Made by a program: the position numbers and the translations under genes
The notes under the pieces: generated by a model
The model's database searches: none
Told to the model about the DNA's origin: nothing
The model's input: the letters and a program-made list of their open reading frames with translations, nothing else
Part shown: piece after piece, positions 19,701-28,445 of the stretch
How positions within the stretch are numbered: the first letter of the stretch is position 1
Layout: each line of letters opens with the position of its first letter
Virus record (IMG/VR): IMGVR_UViG_3300047494_000263
Span: 11,426-75,425 of that record
From: a virus
Strand: one strand, 5' to 3'
Length of the DNA: 64,000 bases

Positions 19701-20138
19701 GGTTTGCGATTCGGTCAGATCTCGGGGCGTGGTGTCGACGACGCATAAGGTGCCCAACACGACTTCGTCGGAGAGGCGGATAGGGGCGCCAGCGTAAAAG
19801 CGTACGCCGGGCGGTCCGGTGACCGTCGGGTTGTTGGCGAAACGAGGATCGAGCGTCGCGTCGCGGATGATCAAAACATCGCGCTCCACCAGGGCGTGGG
19901 CGCAAATAGAGATGTCGCGATGCGTTTCCCCGAGCCCCTCTAGTCCGACATTCGCTTTGAACCACTGACGACATTCGTCGACCAGGGTAATGAGCGCGAT
20001 GGGGGTGCCGCAGACGGCGGCGGCCGTTTTGGCAATGGTGTCGAAGATCGCTTCGGGAGCCGTATCTAAGATCTCCAGCTGGTGGAGACGCTTGACGCGG
20101 TGTTCTTCGTGGTCAGGTTTCGGCGCTTCGTGACTCAT
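16725..20138 (-). CDS. GAF + multi-PAS diguanylate cyclase/phosphodiesterase (GGDEF-EAL)
   Basis: GAF (RFYAGAPI), four PAS/PAC repeats, RSHD I-site + RLGGDEF, EVLLRL, LDDFGAG, KIDG, QGF. Confidence 0.95.
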   Translation of the reverse strand: MSHEAPKPDHEEHRVKRLHQLEILDTAPEAIFDTIAKTAAAVCGTPIALITLVDECRQWFKANVGLEGLGETHRDISICAHALVERDVLIIRDATLDPRFANNPTVTGPPGVRFYAGAPIRLSDEVVLGTLCVVDTTPRDLTESQTNLLRIMADTVARAMEFRQSAMRALNSAEASETHIQELYDATPAMLHSADRDSRLLSVSDTWLHEMGYQRDEVLGRRTTEFMTEASREYVEDFVYPMFFAAGRISGIELQFVRSDGQILDVLASSVLERSPDGEPSRHLSVLENVTERKRAEAALAEERERRAGFLEAMRAGTWEWDLKTGKMLVNARWAEMIGYTIEELGPMTLESAIELLHPDDFKRMRKMVRDQIEGNLDHIVIDVRVRHKDGHWTWVHDRGSVNRRGSAGEALVMQGVRLDISARKQSEVALRTSHSLLQKTGEVAGVGGWELDIATGSLTWSDEACRLYGLDPNYQPSFHEALSFFEPSARPVLEKAFMDGIQNGDPWDIEVPVVSATGRSFWARVVGSVEFDEDKRPVRLVGAFQDITARKEIERELADSKELWQVTLESIADAVITTDIYGKVTWLNPVAERLTGWLKSEAVGRPLDAVYVIVHETTRAPARNPVINVLAQGTISRTPVISANTNLLSRNGTEYGIQDSASPIRGANGAVRGAILIFHDVTDQRRLSNEIAHRATHDMLTGLPNRHEFEARISTLLERANVDFSKNALLYIDLDQFKLVNDACGHDVGDQLLREVSAIFRSCVRSHDTVARLGGDEFGIILEHADPAAAAKVAQKICDQMEEFRFLHETNRYRIGASIGLVPVDNRWVNLAALMSAADTSCYAAKEAGRNRVHEWFDSDEVMRARHGEMTWVSRLESALDDNKFELFGQRIIDLKNPETGLHCEVLLRLRESNGTITLPGAFIPAAERFQMAARIDRWVVRKVFSWMSGLKHQVKRIDMVAINLSGQSVSDRVFQKDIAELIRSATFDVSKICFEITETAAITHLPYASKFIDEVRALGVRIALDDFGAGFTSFSYLKALKVDYLKIDGLFIQNLMKTELDRVAVECFKKVADTAGLKTIAECVEFEGVVAGVNALGIDYAQGFFFHRPEPLDHLLLPTKAGTLEATQFKIALER

Positions 20139-20748
20139 TGAATTGCTTAGGGACGCGCCGCGCCCAGTAAATGACTAGAACACTTCGATAGTGTATCGGA
20201 TACTTAAGACACCAGTGGAACTAACATTCGCAAATCGTTAAAAATAATCGCGCGACGATCTGCCTCAACGCATAATCGCTCTTGGAGCACCGAATAAATC
20301 ACCAAATACGCGCTCAGTACTATCGGCGCCCGGTCCAGTTGACTTAACAGGATTGCGCAAGAAAGCGCCTCCAAGATTGTCTGCGAATGATGTGGCGCAA
20401 AAACCATAGCATGGGAGGTAGGCCGTCACCAGAGGACTTGCCGCGAACGCAACACCGCTCGTGCCGCCACTCGCCAGTGGCACGCGAGGCTCCCAAAGAA
20501 GCCACTGAATGCGCAAGAAATAGACAATAGAGCTGTGCGAACAACAGCAGCGATATCTGATTCAGCCGAAGCACGGAAACCAAATATAACGAAGCATGAA
20601 ACACCTAATAGCCATGCTTCTCCCCTCTGAAATAACGCTATACTCAAAGAGAAATACCATCATCTCATCCGTCGAAATACTGGCTTACAAAGACACGACG
20701 CACCGTCGCTCAGACCAGTCTCCGAGGACCGCTGCATTGAACCCTTTC

Positions 20749-21561
20749 ATGGATCTATCCACCGGTGACCAGGCAGAGCCTGGCGACGGCGATGCTGAGG
20801 CGGCTGCTCGAGAAGCGCTGCAATCACGCCTCCTGGTCGATCTGTTCGCGCATTCGGTTGCAAATGACTTGATTCTGAAGGGCGGGATGGCCATGCGCTC
20901 CGTATTTGGCAGCGTGCGCTACACCAAGGATATCGATCTAGATTCGCCTCCGCAGGTGAGCAAGACACACGTGCAGGGCTTGGTAAAGCGCGCCATCAAG
21001 CGGGTGCTCACCACGGGAATTCTCGAAAACTCGGTGGTCACCGAGCCAAAGCAGACCGACTCCACCTTGATCTGGAATATTGCCGGCCGGGTCGCGGGCA
21101 CTGCGCCCAACGTACACCTGACGATCGAGATCTCCCGTCTCGGAATGACCCCGATGGATCACGTGATCGAGAAGGAGGTAGTCCTCGATGGTCAGTCGAC
21201 TACGATTAAAGTGATTGATGGCGAGGCGCTAGCGGTCAGCAAGGTCTTTGCCCTCACAAGTCCGAACCGCTCTGCCGCACGGAATCTCTACGACCTGGGT
21301 GTGTTGATCGACATGGATGTGAAGCCCAGTCTCGATCTCTTCACCAGGCGTGGCGCAGAGGTCATCGACAAGACCATCTCGGAGCTATGGTCCAAGATCG
21401 AGGCCATGAGCTATCAGCAGTTCGAGCAGGACCTCAAGCCCTATCTTCCCACTGCTGTGCGGAACACCATCACTTCGGAGATCTTCGACGGCATGCAACT
21501 TAGGGTGGGCGAGCACGTCCAGTCCTGGTTACGCAGAGCCAAGTCGACGATGAAGCCATGA
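20749..21561 (+). CDS. abiEii: AbiEii/AbiGii-family nucleotidyltransferase toxin (type IV TA)
   Basis: LILKGGMAMR..GSVRYTKDIDLD; K..AL..R..ARNLYDL; start uncertain (20596 or 20749). Confidence 0.85.
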   Translation: MDLSTGDQAEPGDGDAEAAAREALQSRLLVDLFAHSVANDLILKGGMAMRSVFGSVRYTKDIDLDSPPQVSKTHVQGLVKRAIKRVLTTGILENSVVTEPKQTDSTLIWNIAGRVAGTAPNVHLTIEISRLGMTPMDHVIEKEVVLDGQSTTIKVIDGEALAVSKVFALTSPNRSAARNLYDLGVLIDMDVKPSLDLFTRRGAEVIDKTISELWSKIEAMSYQQFEQDLKPYLPTAVRNTITSEIFDGMQLRVGEHVQSWLRRAKSTMKP

Positions 21562-22379
21562 CCAACAAATCCCCCAGCTGGCGCTTCGGACTGCTGGGCC
21601 AGCTATCCAAGAAAAGCTCGCCTCGCATCATGACCTTCCCAGAGCTGCACAAGCTGGCCGGGTTGGTGCGCCCAGGGATCAGTGACACCACAGTGCGTAC
21701 AGCCATCGAGGAGCTGAAGGAGGCTGGCGCTCTCCTGAAGATCAGCAATGGGCTATATATGAACAAACGTTCACTTCCGGCGCCGTCCATAGCGGAAGCG
21801 GCTCGGTTCATTCGAAAGCACGCCGTCGTGTCGCTGCAGTCCGTTCTTGGCGAGTGCGGGGTCACGAACAACCCGTCAGCGATTGTCACCTGCGTTGTGC
21901 CTCTTTCGGCCACGAGCCACCCGAATTTGGGAACGGTCCAGACGGAATCTGGCGCCACCTTCCGATTCTTTGGGTTGCCGGAACGCTTCTTTCCGCCTAA
22001 GGCGGGCAAAGTTCGCGAATTGTTCATCTCGAGCAAGCCATGTCCTTGCTTCATCCCCGAGAAGGCGCTCCTCGACTGGCTGTATCTGGGGAACTCCATT
22101 TCGAGCAAGATGACCCCTCCACCTTTCGACATCGATCCAGAGATGATTGATTGGCGTCGGGCGCGTGATCTCGCCGAAAAAATCGGGATGTCCCAATTGC
22201 TGGAGGACTATTTTCAGAAGGGCAGGGAACTGCGCTGGGGAGTTGAGCCCCTTGGGCCGCGCTCCGCACCTAAGCCACCTGCCGTTTCTTCGACAAAGCC
22301 CGAGCCGGTCGCCTTGGCGCCAAAGAAAACATCTCTTCTTGGTTCCTCCCAACCGCGCAAGCTTCTCTCGAGCCGCTAA
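21558..22379 (+). CDS. abiEi: AbiEi-family antitoxin (wHTH + AbiEi C-terminal domain)
   Basis: L..AG.L.KISNGLY wHTH; VVSLQSVL..G; PEKALLDWLYL; coupled to abiEii. Confidence 0.8.
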   Translation: MTNKSPSWRFGLLGQLSKKSSPRIMTFPELHKLAGLVRPGISDTTVRTAIEELKEAGALLKISNGLYMNKRSLPAPSIAEAARFIRKHAVVSLQSVLGECGVTNNPSAIVTCVVPLSATSHPNLGTVQTESGATFRFFGLPERFFPPKAGKVRELFISSKPCPCFIPEKALLDWLYLGNSISSKMTPPPFDIDPEMIDWRRARDLAEKIGMSQLLEDYFQKGRELRWGVEPLGPRSAPKPPAVSSTKPEPVALAPKKTSLLGSSQPRKLLSSR

Positions 22380-22432
22380 GCATATCGCCTTTTAGCCGGT
22401 AAACTAGCCTATCGGACATCTCGAGGACCCTC

Positions 22433-23023
22433 TTGGACAACGTCGTCGCCGCGTCGCGCTCGCAGCATCCACTCATGGTTGTACTGCTGGTGCTCATCGC
22501 CATGGTGACCGGTGCCAGCTTTGCCTGTTCGATCTGGTTGTTTGTCCATTGGCCTCACCCGGCCTCTTCGATTGAGCCGTCCTTTCGGGGCGTCGAGCTC
22601 GACCACCCGATGCGGGAGCTGGCCGCCAAAACCAAAGGCTTGCGGTGCTCCAATTTGTCAGAGGCCACCGGTCTTCGTACCTGCTCGGTTGATGGCCAGT
22701 CGTACGCGGGCGTGGACTTGCTGCAGCCCGCTATCCTGACCTTTGATCGCTATGACCGACTGAAGAGTTTCGAGGTCCGCATCAAAGAACGAGACGATTT
22801 CGCGTCGCTCATACAGGCATTTGACGAACATTACGGTGACGTACCCAGCCAAGTCATTTCTGGCGACAAAAGCCTTTCCAAGGTCTGGCAATTTGATCGA
22901 GGAATGAAATGCGTTGCAGTAGCTCTGGAGGCTGGCGCTGGCGTAATGTGCGGGACCACCCTGCAGCAGGATTCGCCAGGGCCTTCGGGGCCACGTATGA
23001 AGGGTGACCCGGCCGATCTTTAG
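22433..23023 (+). CDS. membrane-anchored exported protein, probable paralog of 4172..4726
   Basis: N-terminal TM, Cys pairs, DDF..L...F.E.YG motif. Confidence 0.6.
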   Translation: MDNVVAASRSQHPLMVVLLVLIAMVTGASFACSIWLFVHWPHPASSIEPSFRGVELDHPMRELAAKTKGLRCSNLSEATGLRTCSVDGQSYAGVDLLQPAILTFDRYDRLKSFEVRIKERDDFASLIQAFDEHYGDVPSQVISGDKSLSKVWQFDRGMKCVAVALEAGAGVMCGTTLQQDSPGPSGPRMKGDPADL

Positions 23024-23057
23024 GGATCGTTGAAAATCTTATATCTTGACCCTCGCC

Positions 23058-23363
23058 ATGAGCCAATCTGAATACGATAACGAAATCGCTCCTGAGCTTC
23101 TCCGACTGGCGAACAGGTGCAAAGACCTTGGGATGCCCTTCACGGCGACAGTTGAATACGCCCCCGGCGAGAGGGGTGTGACAGCGTCTGGCATCGACGA
23201 CAGCAATCTGGATATGACGATTCCATATCTCGCGAGCGTGGCCGGAAGCCGTCTCGACGACTTCATGGTCGCCCTCGTTCGCCGGATCCGGGCGATGGAG
23301 ATTCCGCATTCATGTGTCTGCCTGACTTTGCAGGGGTTGGATGGGGACCCTAGCAAAAGATGA
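23058..23363 (+). CDS. hypothetical protein
   Basis: EYDNEIAPELLRLANRC..GMPF.A.VEY. Confidence 0.6.
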   Translation: MSQSEYDNEIAPELLRLANRCKDLGMPFTATVEYAPGERGVTASGIDDSNLDMTIPYLASVAGSRLDDFMVALVRRIRAMEIPHSCVCLTLQGLDGDPSKR

Positions 23364-23889
23364 GACCGTTAATTCGATTGTCAGAGCCGTCATGAGCGCA
23401 TCAGATACGTCGATCCTAAGCGGCAAGTCCAAATCAACTTCACGCCCGTTGGGCCAAACCATACCGGTGATGGGCCTTGCCGGGATCGTGTTTATCTCAC
23501 TCCTGGTAGCGGGAGTGAGCTGCGGGTACGGCTCTCGATACTTCTTTCCTATTGAGCCCATCTCGTACTATCGGCAGCACTACGTGATTGAGTACGCGCT
23601 TCAGGTCCCGGGCGGCATGGAACGCGTCAGAAAATTCTTTCAAGATCAGTTGATGTCGTCCGGCCGCATCTTCCCTGAGGCGGCGGATAACTTCGACCGC
23701 GAGACGAAATATCTGGCGGCCCGAGCAACGGCATCGAACGCAGGGGTTGGCGCAGCGGTATGTCACGTGGATGCGGGCGTCGGCCCTGAGGCGGACAAAG
23801 AACCTCGCGACCGATGGACAATACATTGCAAGGCGGCTGGGCGTGACACAACAGAGTTTCTTCCAATCTCGCCCGTGGCCAGACCTTAG
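23341..23889 (+). CDS. single-TM hypothetical protein
   Basis: 182 aa ORF with a hydrophobic segment. Confidence 0.5.
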   Translation: MGTLAKDETVNSIVRAVMSASDTSILSGKSKSTSRPLGQTIPVMGLAGIVFISLLVAGVSCGYGSRYFFPIEPISYYRQHYVIEYALQVPGGMERVRKFFQDQLMSSGRIFPEAADNFDRETKYLAARATASNAGVGAAVCHVDAGVGPEADKEPRDRWTIHCKAAGRDTTEFLPISPVARP

Positions 23890-23946
23890 CGGCCCACGAT
23901 AAGGGTCCCCCGGCGGTTGCCCGCAAGCTGTCAGCAGCCGCCAGAA

Positions 23947-24180
23947 CTAGACCGGGTCCTTTGCTGCCGCGTTGAAATCGATATTGCTCGGCACATTAAT
24001 CTTTTCGCATAGCGCGTCAATACCCTCGTCGTCGAGCGAGGACATGATGTCGCCGCCATTGGTGGCAATCTCATGGATGGCGTCGCTGCGGTTGTGGGGC
24101 TCACCCATGCCGCGTTCCTGGTAAAAACGTAGCGCCGCCAATACGGTGGCCTGTTCAGCGTCGTCAAGTTCTAGTGGCAT
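23947..24180 (-). CDS. small hypothetical protein
   Basis: GAGGG RBS; ATVLAALRFYQ..IATNGG..L..GIDALCE. Confidence 0.65.
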   Translation of the reverse strand: MPLELDDAEQATVLAALRFYQERGMGEPHNRSDAIHEIATNGGDIMSSLDDEGIDALCEKINVPSNIDFNAAAKDPV

Positions 24181-24221
24181 GCTTCCCTCGGATGGTGTAT
24201 CTCGCGATGTGCGCGATGTCT

Positions 24222-24320
24222 AAAAAAGCATAGCCGATGCGTGGCAGCACGTCAGGCGCTTACCGGTCATTCCGGGCATGTGCTTGGGGTGGAAAGATGT
24301 CAGCTCGTGTCCTATGTTTT
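24222..24320. promoter_or_regulatory. back-to-back copies of the recurrent promoter motif
   Basis: + strand GGGTGGA(24287)-N18-CTATGTTTT; - strand CGCCTGA-N18-CTATGCTTTT (24258 to 24222). Confidence 0.55.
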
Positions 24321-24354
24321 GTAGACATATAGCCGAGCCAACAAGGACAACACA

Positions 24355-25056
24355 ATGGAATTCAATATTGAGGCGAACACCCTGACGGTCACGCGCGAGG
24401 AGGCCCAGACTGCGTTGCTTGCTCAACGAAATCAGTGGGCCGCGAACGAGGGTGCCGAGTACCTCAATGATGTTTTTAACTATGGTTTTACGGGTTTTGA
24501 CGCTCGCACAAACGAAGATCTTGCTCAGATTTTGATCGAGAGCGACGCGTCCAGCTATTTCCCCGAAGCCAGTCGGCCCGACGACTTTGACGTGGAGACG
24601 TTTGAAGCGAGCAACGGCAAAATCGAAGTCATTGGAGAGGTGCCTGAGTCGGAGAAGCAGCAGATCCTGCGTGAGTCAGCTCGCGAGCATGCGCCAGAAC
24701 TGGTTGCTGCCCTTACCGCGTTAGGCGACGTTGGAAACGATCGGGCTATAGTGCGCGAGATCGCTCAAAAAGCCCTGGCGCGCCTCGCCGTGCCGGAAAT
24801 CGTTGTCGCGCCCTTGGGTCAAATCGAGGATGAAAGAGAGGTTAACAAGGGGCGCGCCATGCGGGCAGGCTTGGCCATCAAATTCTACGAGACCAACTTC
24901 TCGGATGATGGGGACGACAAAGAGACTATCGCGAGCGACCTGTTGACGAACATCATGCACTGGTGCGATCAGCATGGCCTCGAGTTCAGCGATATGTCGA
25001 ACCGAGCACGCGAAAATCACACCGCTGAAACGCTGTGTGAGACGGAGTCCTTCTAG
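24355..25056 (+). CDS. hypothetical protein
   Basis: AAGGA RBS; C-terminal IASDLLTNIMHWCD helical motif. Confidence 0.7.
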   Translation: MEFNIEANTLTVTREEAQTALLAQRNQWAANEGAEYLNDVFNYGFTGFDARTNEDLAQILIESDASSYFPEASRPDDFDVETFEASNGKIEVIGEVPESEKQQILRESAREHAPELVAALTALGDVGNDRAIVREIAQKALARLAVPEIVVAPLGQIEDEREVNKGRAMRAGLAIKFYETNFSDDGDDKETIASDLLTNIMHWCDQHGLEFSDMSNRARENHTAETLCETESF

Positions 25057-25118
25057 GAAATAAGATTAAAAGACCCGGGGCTACCCGCACATCATCACAT
25101 CGCGGAGGCCTAGGGCCC

Positions 25119-25598
25119 TTAGACCATGCGCATCCGAGTCGCCATGCGGCGGGCGATAGAAACATCTAGCACCAGTTTGTTTGGCTTGCAGCCTGGCTGG
25201 ATTTCCTTGACGGTGCTAATGGCTTCCTCTCGGGTCAACCCGTCGCGCCGCATCAGGAAGGCGGCCGCGAGTGCAGGGGAGCGGCTGAGCGCCCCGGGGC
25301 AGCAAAACAGAATGACGCCCGGCGGCGCCTGCGCTGCGGCATCGAGGAGTGCGTTGACATCGTTTGGAAAGGCCCTATCAGGGTCGTCCGTGTTTTCGGT
25401 GTCTTTGAACCGGCGGATGGTCACGAAGTCATTGGGCTCAAACGGTAACTCGGCTCTTTCGTCGGCCGCGCCCACAATGGCGATGACTGTGACACCCTTG
25501 GCCTCGAGACGCTCGATGGTTTGTTTACTGTGCATCCATGAAGCAACGCAAACGCCGAGATCCTTGGACCGGTCAAGTGCTGCATCCGTCAAATACAT
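25119..25598 (-). CDS. dual-specificity/tyrosine phosphatase-like protein
   Basis: CX5R loop CPGALSRS; general-acid FKD loop; PN motif. Confidence 0.75.
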   Translation of the reverse strand: MYLTDAALDRSKDLGVCVASWMHSKQTIERLEAKGVTVIAIVGAADERAELPFEPNDFVTIRRFKDTENTDDPDRAFPNDVNALLDAAAQAPPGVILFCCPGALSRSPALAAAFLMRRDGLTREEAISTVKEIQPGCKPNKLVLDVSIARRMATRMRMV

Positions 25599-25628
25599 CT
25601 TTGTGTCTCCGTACCGGTTGACTGCGTG

Positions 25629-26090
25629 CTAAGCGGAGGTGGGGCGCAAGAAGTTCATCGATTGCATGGCTTGCCCCAGCGGCGAGGTCTGCTTGGCTCT
25701 CGAGAACGCCATCTTGAAGTCCAATGGCTTGGAAATACCGACGATGGGGATCATCGGTCCGTTTCCCATCCCGTAGATGGCCAGTGAGCCGAAGTTGAAG
25801 ATGCGCCCGAGGAAAGGCTGGAAGACCTGGACCGATTCGGTACGGTCGATTTCAAGTTCAAGGACATCGCGTCCAATGAACCCGTGTTTGGCAACGATGC
25901 GGCGGTTCGTGACCGCGATCTCTGTGCTCTGATAACGGATGAAGGCCGCGATCAGCAGTATTGCTCCTACCCCGATGGGGAGCAGCAGGAACCCGAAAAA
26001 CAGGATTTTTAGCATGGACCAAAGGCTGATGTGGGCTCGGTAGACTAGGTCCTCCCCGGGCGCCATGGTGCTGTCGACGTAGCTGGCCAT
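25629..26090 (-). CDS. bacterial PH-domain (bPH_2) membrane protein
   Basis: GE.LVYRAHIS, TEIAVTNRRIVAKHGFI, ESVQV.Q..LGRIFNFG. Confidence 0.85.
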   Translation of the reverse strand: MASYVDSTMAPGEDLVYRAHISLWSMLKILFFGFLLLPIGVGAILLIAAFIRYQSTEIAVTNRRIVAKHGFIGRDVLELEIDRTESVQVFQPFLGRIFNFGSLAIYGMGNGPMIPIVGISKPLDFKMAFSRAKQTSPLGQAMQSMNFLRPTSA

Positions 26091-26262
26091 AAATGCAATC
26101 AAAAAAGCGGTCTTAATCCCGCACGTGTAGAGAATACCTTATAAACGACCACCGTCGGAAGAGGCATGGAAGCTCGAAGAGTCCCCTCTGGCCCGGCGTT
26201 TCATTGGCAGTTCGTCATGTCCCGGATTATCCAGATGATGTCGCAACTGACCTTTGGCCTGA

Positions 26263-26553
26263 TTGAGCATCCGTCCTAAAAGATGCGCGTTGATCATGGA
26301 TTTGGTCGAGCGCAGCGATTCGGTCGCCGCCGTGCGTGAGTATCGCGACGCCGTCATCGCTTCGAAGCGAGAATTCTATGAATTCGATTGGGACGTGATG
26401 TTCCAGGTACATCGGTTCAAGACGGGGCAGGGCTATGACAGCGAGGAGTCTCGCGCCGCTCGCAAGGAACGGGACGCTTCTAAGCGCGATTGTATTCTCG
26501 GGATGCCGTTGCCTAGGAGGATCGTAGGGCGCACGGCCAACTTTGGCTTATAG
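26263..26553 (+). CDS. hypothetical protein
   Basis: 96 aa ORF; start uncertain. Confidence 0.4.
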   Translation: MSIRPKRCALIMDLVERSDSVAAVREYRDAVIASKREFYEFDWDVMFQVHRFKTGQGYDSEESRAARKERDASKRDCILGMPLPRRIVGRTANFGL

Positions 26554-26585
26554 ATGTTGCCCCGGATTCTCTGACCGACTATCAT

Positions 26586-26813
26586 GTGCCGATGAGTAAA
26601 GAGGAATATTGCGCGCCGGTAAAAACTATCAAACTCGAACTAACCGTTCGGGTGGTTGAGGCAATAGACGGGCTTGTCAAAGTCGGGTTTTATGGGGCTT
26701 CGCGATCACAAGTCGCCGGGATGCTTATCGGGCGAGAGCTTGAAAGAATGGCGGCCAGCGGCACCCTAGAAGCCTTGATAAAAGCTCGCTCCGCGCAGCC
26801 GACAGATCAGTAA
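26586..26813 (+). CDS. ribbon-helix-helix-like DNA-binding protein
   Basis: TIKLEL strand, AIDGLVKVGFYGASRSQVA helices. Confidence 0.55.
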   Translation: MPMSKEEYCAPVKTIKLELTVRVVEAIDGLVKVGFYGASRSQVAGMLIGRELERMAASGTLEALIKARSAQPTDQ

Positions 26814-28213
26814 CCGCCGGACGAATAATTCTCAAAGCGGGTATAGGTGCCAACAAACGTCAATCGTACCGAGCCGATCGGGCCGTTGCGCTGCTTGCCG
26901 ATGATGATCTCGGCAGTACCCTTGTCCTGGGAATCCTCGTTGTAGACCTCATCGCGATAGATGAACAGGATTAAATCGGCGTCCTGCTCCAGCGATCCGG
27001 ATTCTCTCAGGTCGCTCATCACCGGCCGCTTGTTCGGCCGCTGCTCCAGGCTTCTGTTGAGCTGCGAGAGCGCTATGACGGGGACATCCAGTTCTTTGGC
27101 GAGCGCTTTCAGGGATCGCGAGATCTCGGCCACTTCTGTGGCGCGGTTTTCGCCGGATCCGTTATTGCCTCCAGACATCAGTTGGAGGTAGTCAACGATA
27201 ATAAGCCCAAGTTTTCCGCACTGCCGCGCCAGTCGCCTGGCCCGCGCGCGCAGCTCGAGGGTGCTCAGTGCAGGGGTCTCATCAATAAACATCTGAGCGT
27301 TCTGCATTTTCTGAATGGCGTGTGTCAGCTTCGGCCAATCTTCGTCAGTAAGGCGCCCGGTGCGCACCTTGTGCTGATCGAGCTTCCCAACCGAACCTAT
27401 CATGCGCATCGCCAGTTGCGCGCCACCCATTTCCATGGAGAATACCGCGACCGGTAATCCGAGATCGATGGCTACGCTCTCACCTATGTTCAGCGCGAAG
27501 GCCGTCTTGCCCATCGAGGGGCGTCCGGCCACGATGATTAGGTCACCAGCTTGTAGGCCTGACGTCTTTTGATCCAAGTCTGCAAAGCCAGTTGCCACAC
27601 CAGTGATGTCGCTGGGATTGTCCCGGTGGTAAAGCTCGTCAATCCTGGTAACGGCTTCCGTTAGCAACGGCTGCAGCGACACAAAACCTTTCGTGCCGCG
27701 TGAGCCGGCTTCGGCAATCGAGAAAACCTTCGACTCCGCTTCATCGAGCAGAGTCCTTGTTTCTCGACCTTGGGTATTAAACGCCGATTCGGCAATCTCG
27801 TCACCGACAGCGATCAGACGGCGCAGTATCCCTCGATCTCTAACAATCTCGGCATAGCGCCGGATATTGGCGGCTGACGGCGTGCTTTGGGCGAGATCGT
27901 TCAGGTACTGCAGTCCGCCGACGTCGTCGGCTTTGTTAGTCGCCTGTAGAGCCTCGAACACCGTGATCACGTCGGCCGGTTGTGAGCGATCGATTAGGCG
28001 CTGGATCGTTGTGTAAATCAGCCGGTGATCGTATCGGTAGAAGTCTTCGACCCGCACCACGTCGCCGATCTTGTCCCATGCCGCGTTCTCCAGCAGCAAG
28101 CCACCCAACACAGACTGCTCGGCCTCATTTGAATGAGGCGGAACTCTCAGTCCATCTATCGAGGCATCTGCCGACGGCGCACGACCTCTCCCGGGATTGG
28201 CGCGGTCGTTCAC
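26807..28213 (-). CDS. dnaB: replicative DNA helicase DnaB
   Basis: PPHSNEAEQSVLG, AGRPSMGKT, IIVDYLQLM, LSQLNR, DLRESG..EQDAD, KQRNGP. Confidence 0.97.
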   Translation of the reverse strand: MNDRANPGRGRAPSADASIDGLRVPPHSNEAEQSVLGGLLLENAAWDKIGDVVRVEDFYRYDHRLIYTTIQRLIDRSQPADVITVFEALQATNKADDVGGLQYLNDLAQSTPSAANIRRYAEIVRDRGILRRLIAVGDEIAESAFNTQGRETRTLLDEAESKVFSIAEAGSRGTKGFVSLQPLLTEAVTRIDELYHRDNPSDITGVATGFADLDQKTSGLQAGDLIIVAGRPSMGKTAFALNIGESVAIDLGLPVAVFSMEMGGAQLAMRMIGSVGKLDQHKVRTGRLTDEDWPKLTHAIQKMQNAQMFIDETPALSTLELRARARRLARQCGKLGLIIVDYLQLMSGGNNGSGENRATEVAEISRSLKALAKELDVPVIALSQLNRSLEQRPNKRPVMSDLRESGSLEQDADLILFIYRDEVYNEDSQDKGTAEIIIGKQRNGPIGSVRLTFVGTYTRFENYSSGGY

Positions 28214-28445
28214 AGCGGTCGTGGCGATGCTGGCAGAAACATCTGTGGTTGCTGAAACTACGGGAAGACCAAGATATCTTAAAAACTATCGAAATGCTTA
28301 GTTGGTTTCCTCCCGTTCCTCACCTAATGTCGCGGACGACTTGCGACCTGAAAGAGCAGGTTCGGGACATTTCTATCTATTCTCTCAGAGGTTGACTTTA
28401 AGAGGTGGGGAGGCAAAGAATTAGCTATTCTACAAGAACATATTT

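Noticed and set aside
17038-19974. Numerous alternative-frame ORFs inside long genes (also throughout the window)
   Set aside because: Shadow ORFs expected in GC-rich DNA; they overlap well-supported CDSs and lack motifs
20350-20520. Direct repeat TGCGCAAGAAA (twice) in an AT-rich intergenic region, possible iterons
   Set aside because: Only two copies about 156 bp apart and no rep gene nearby
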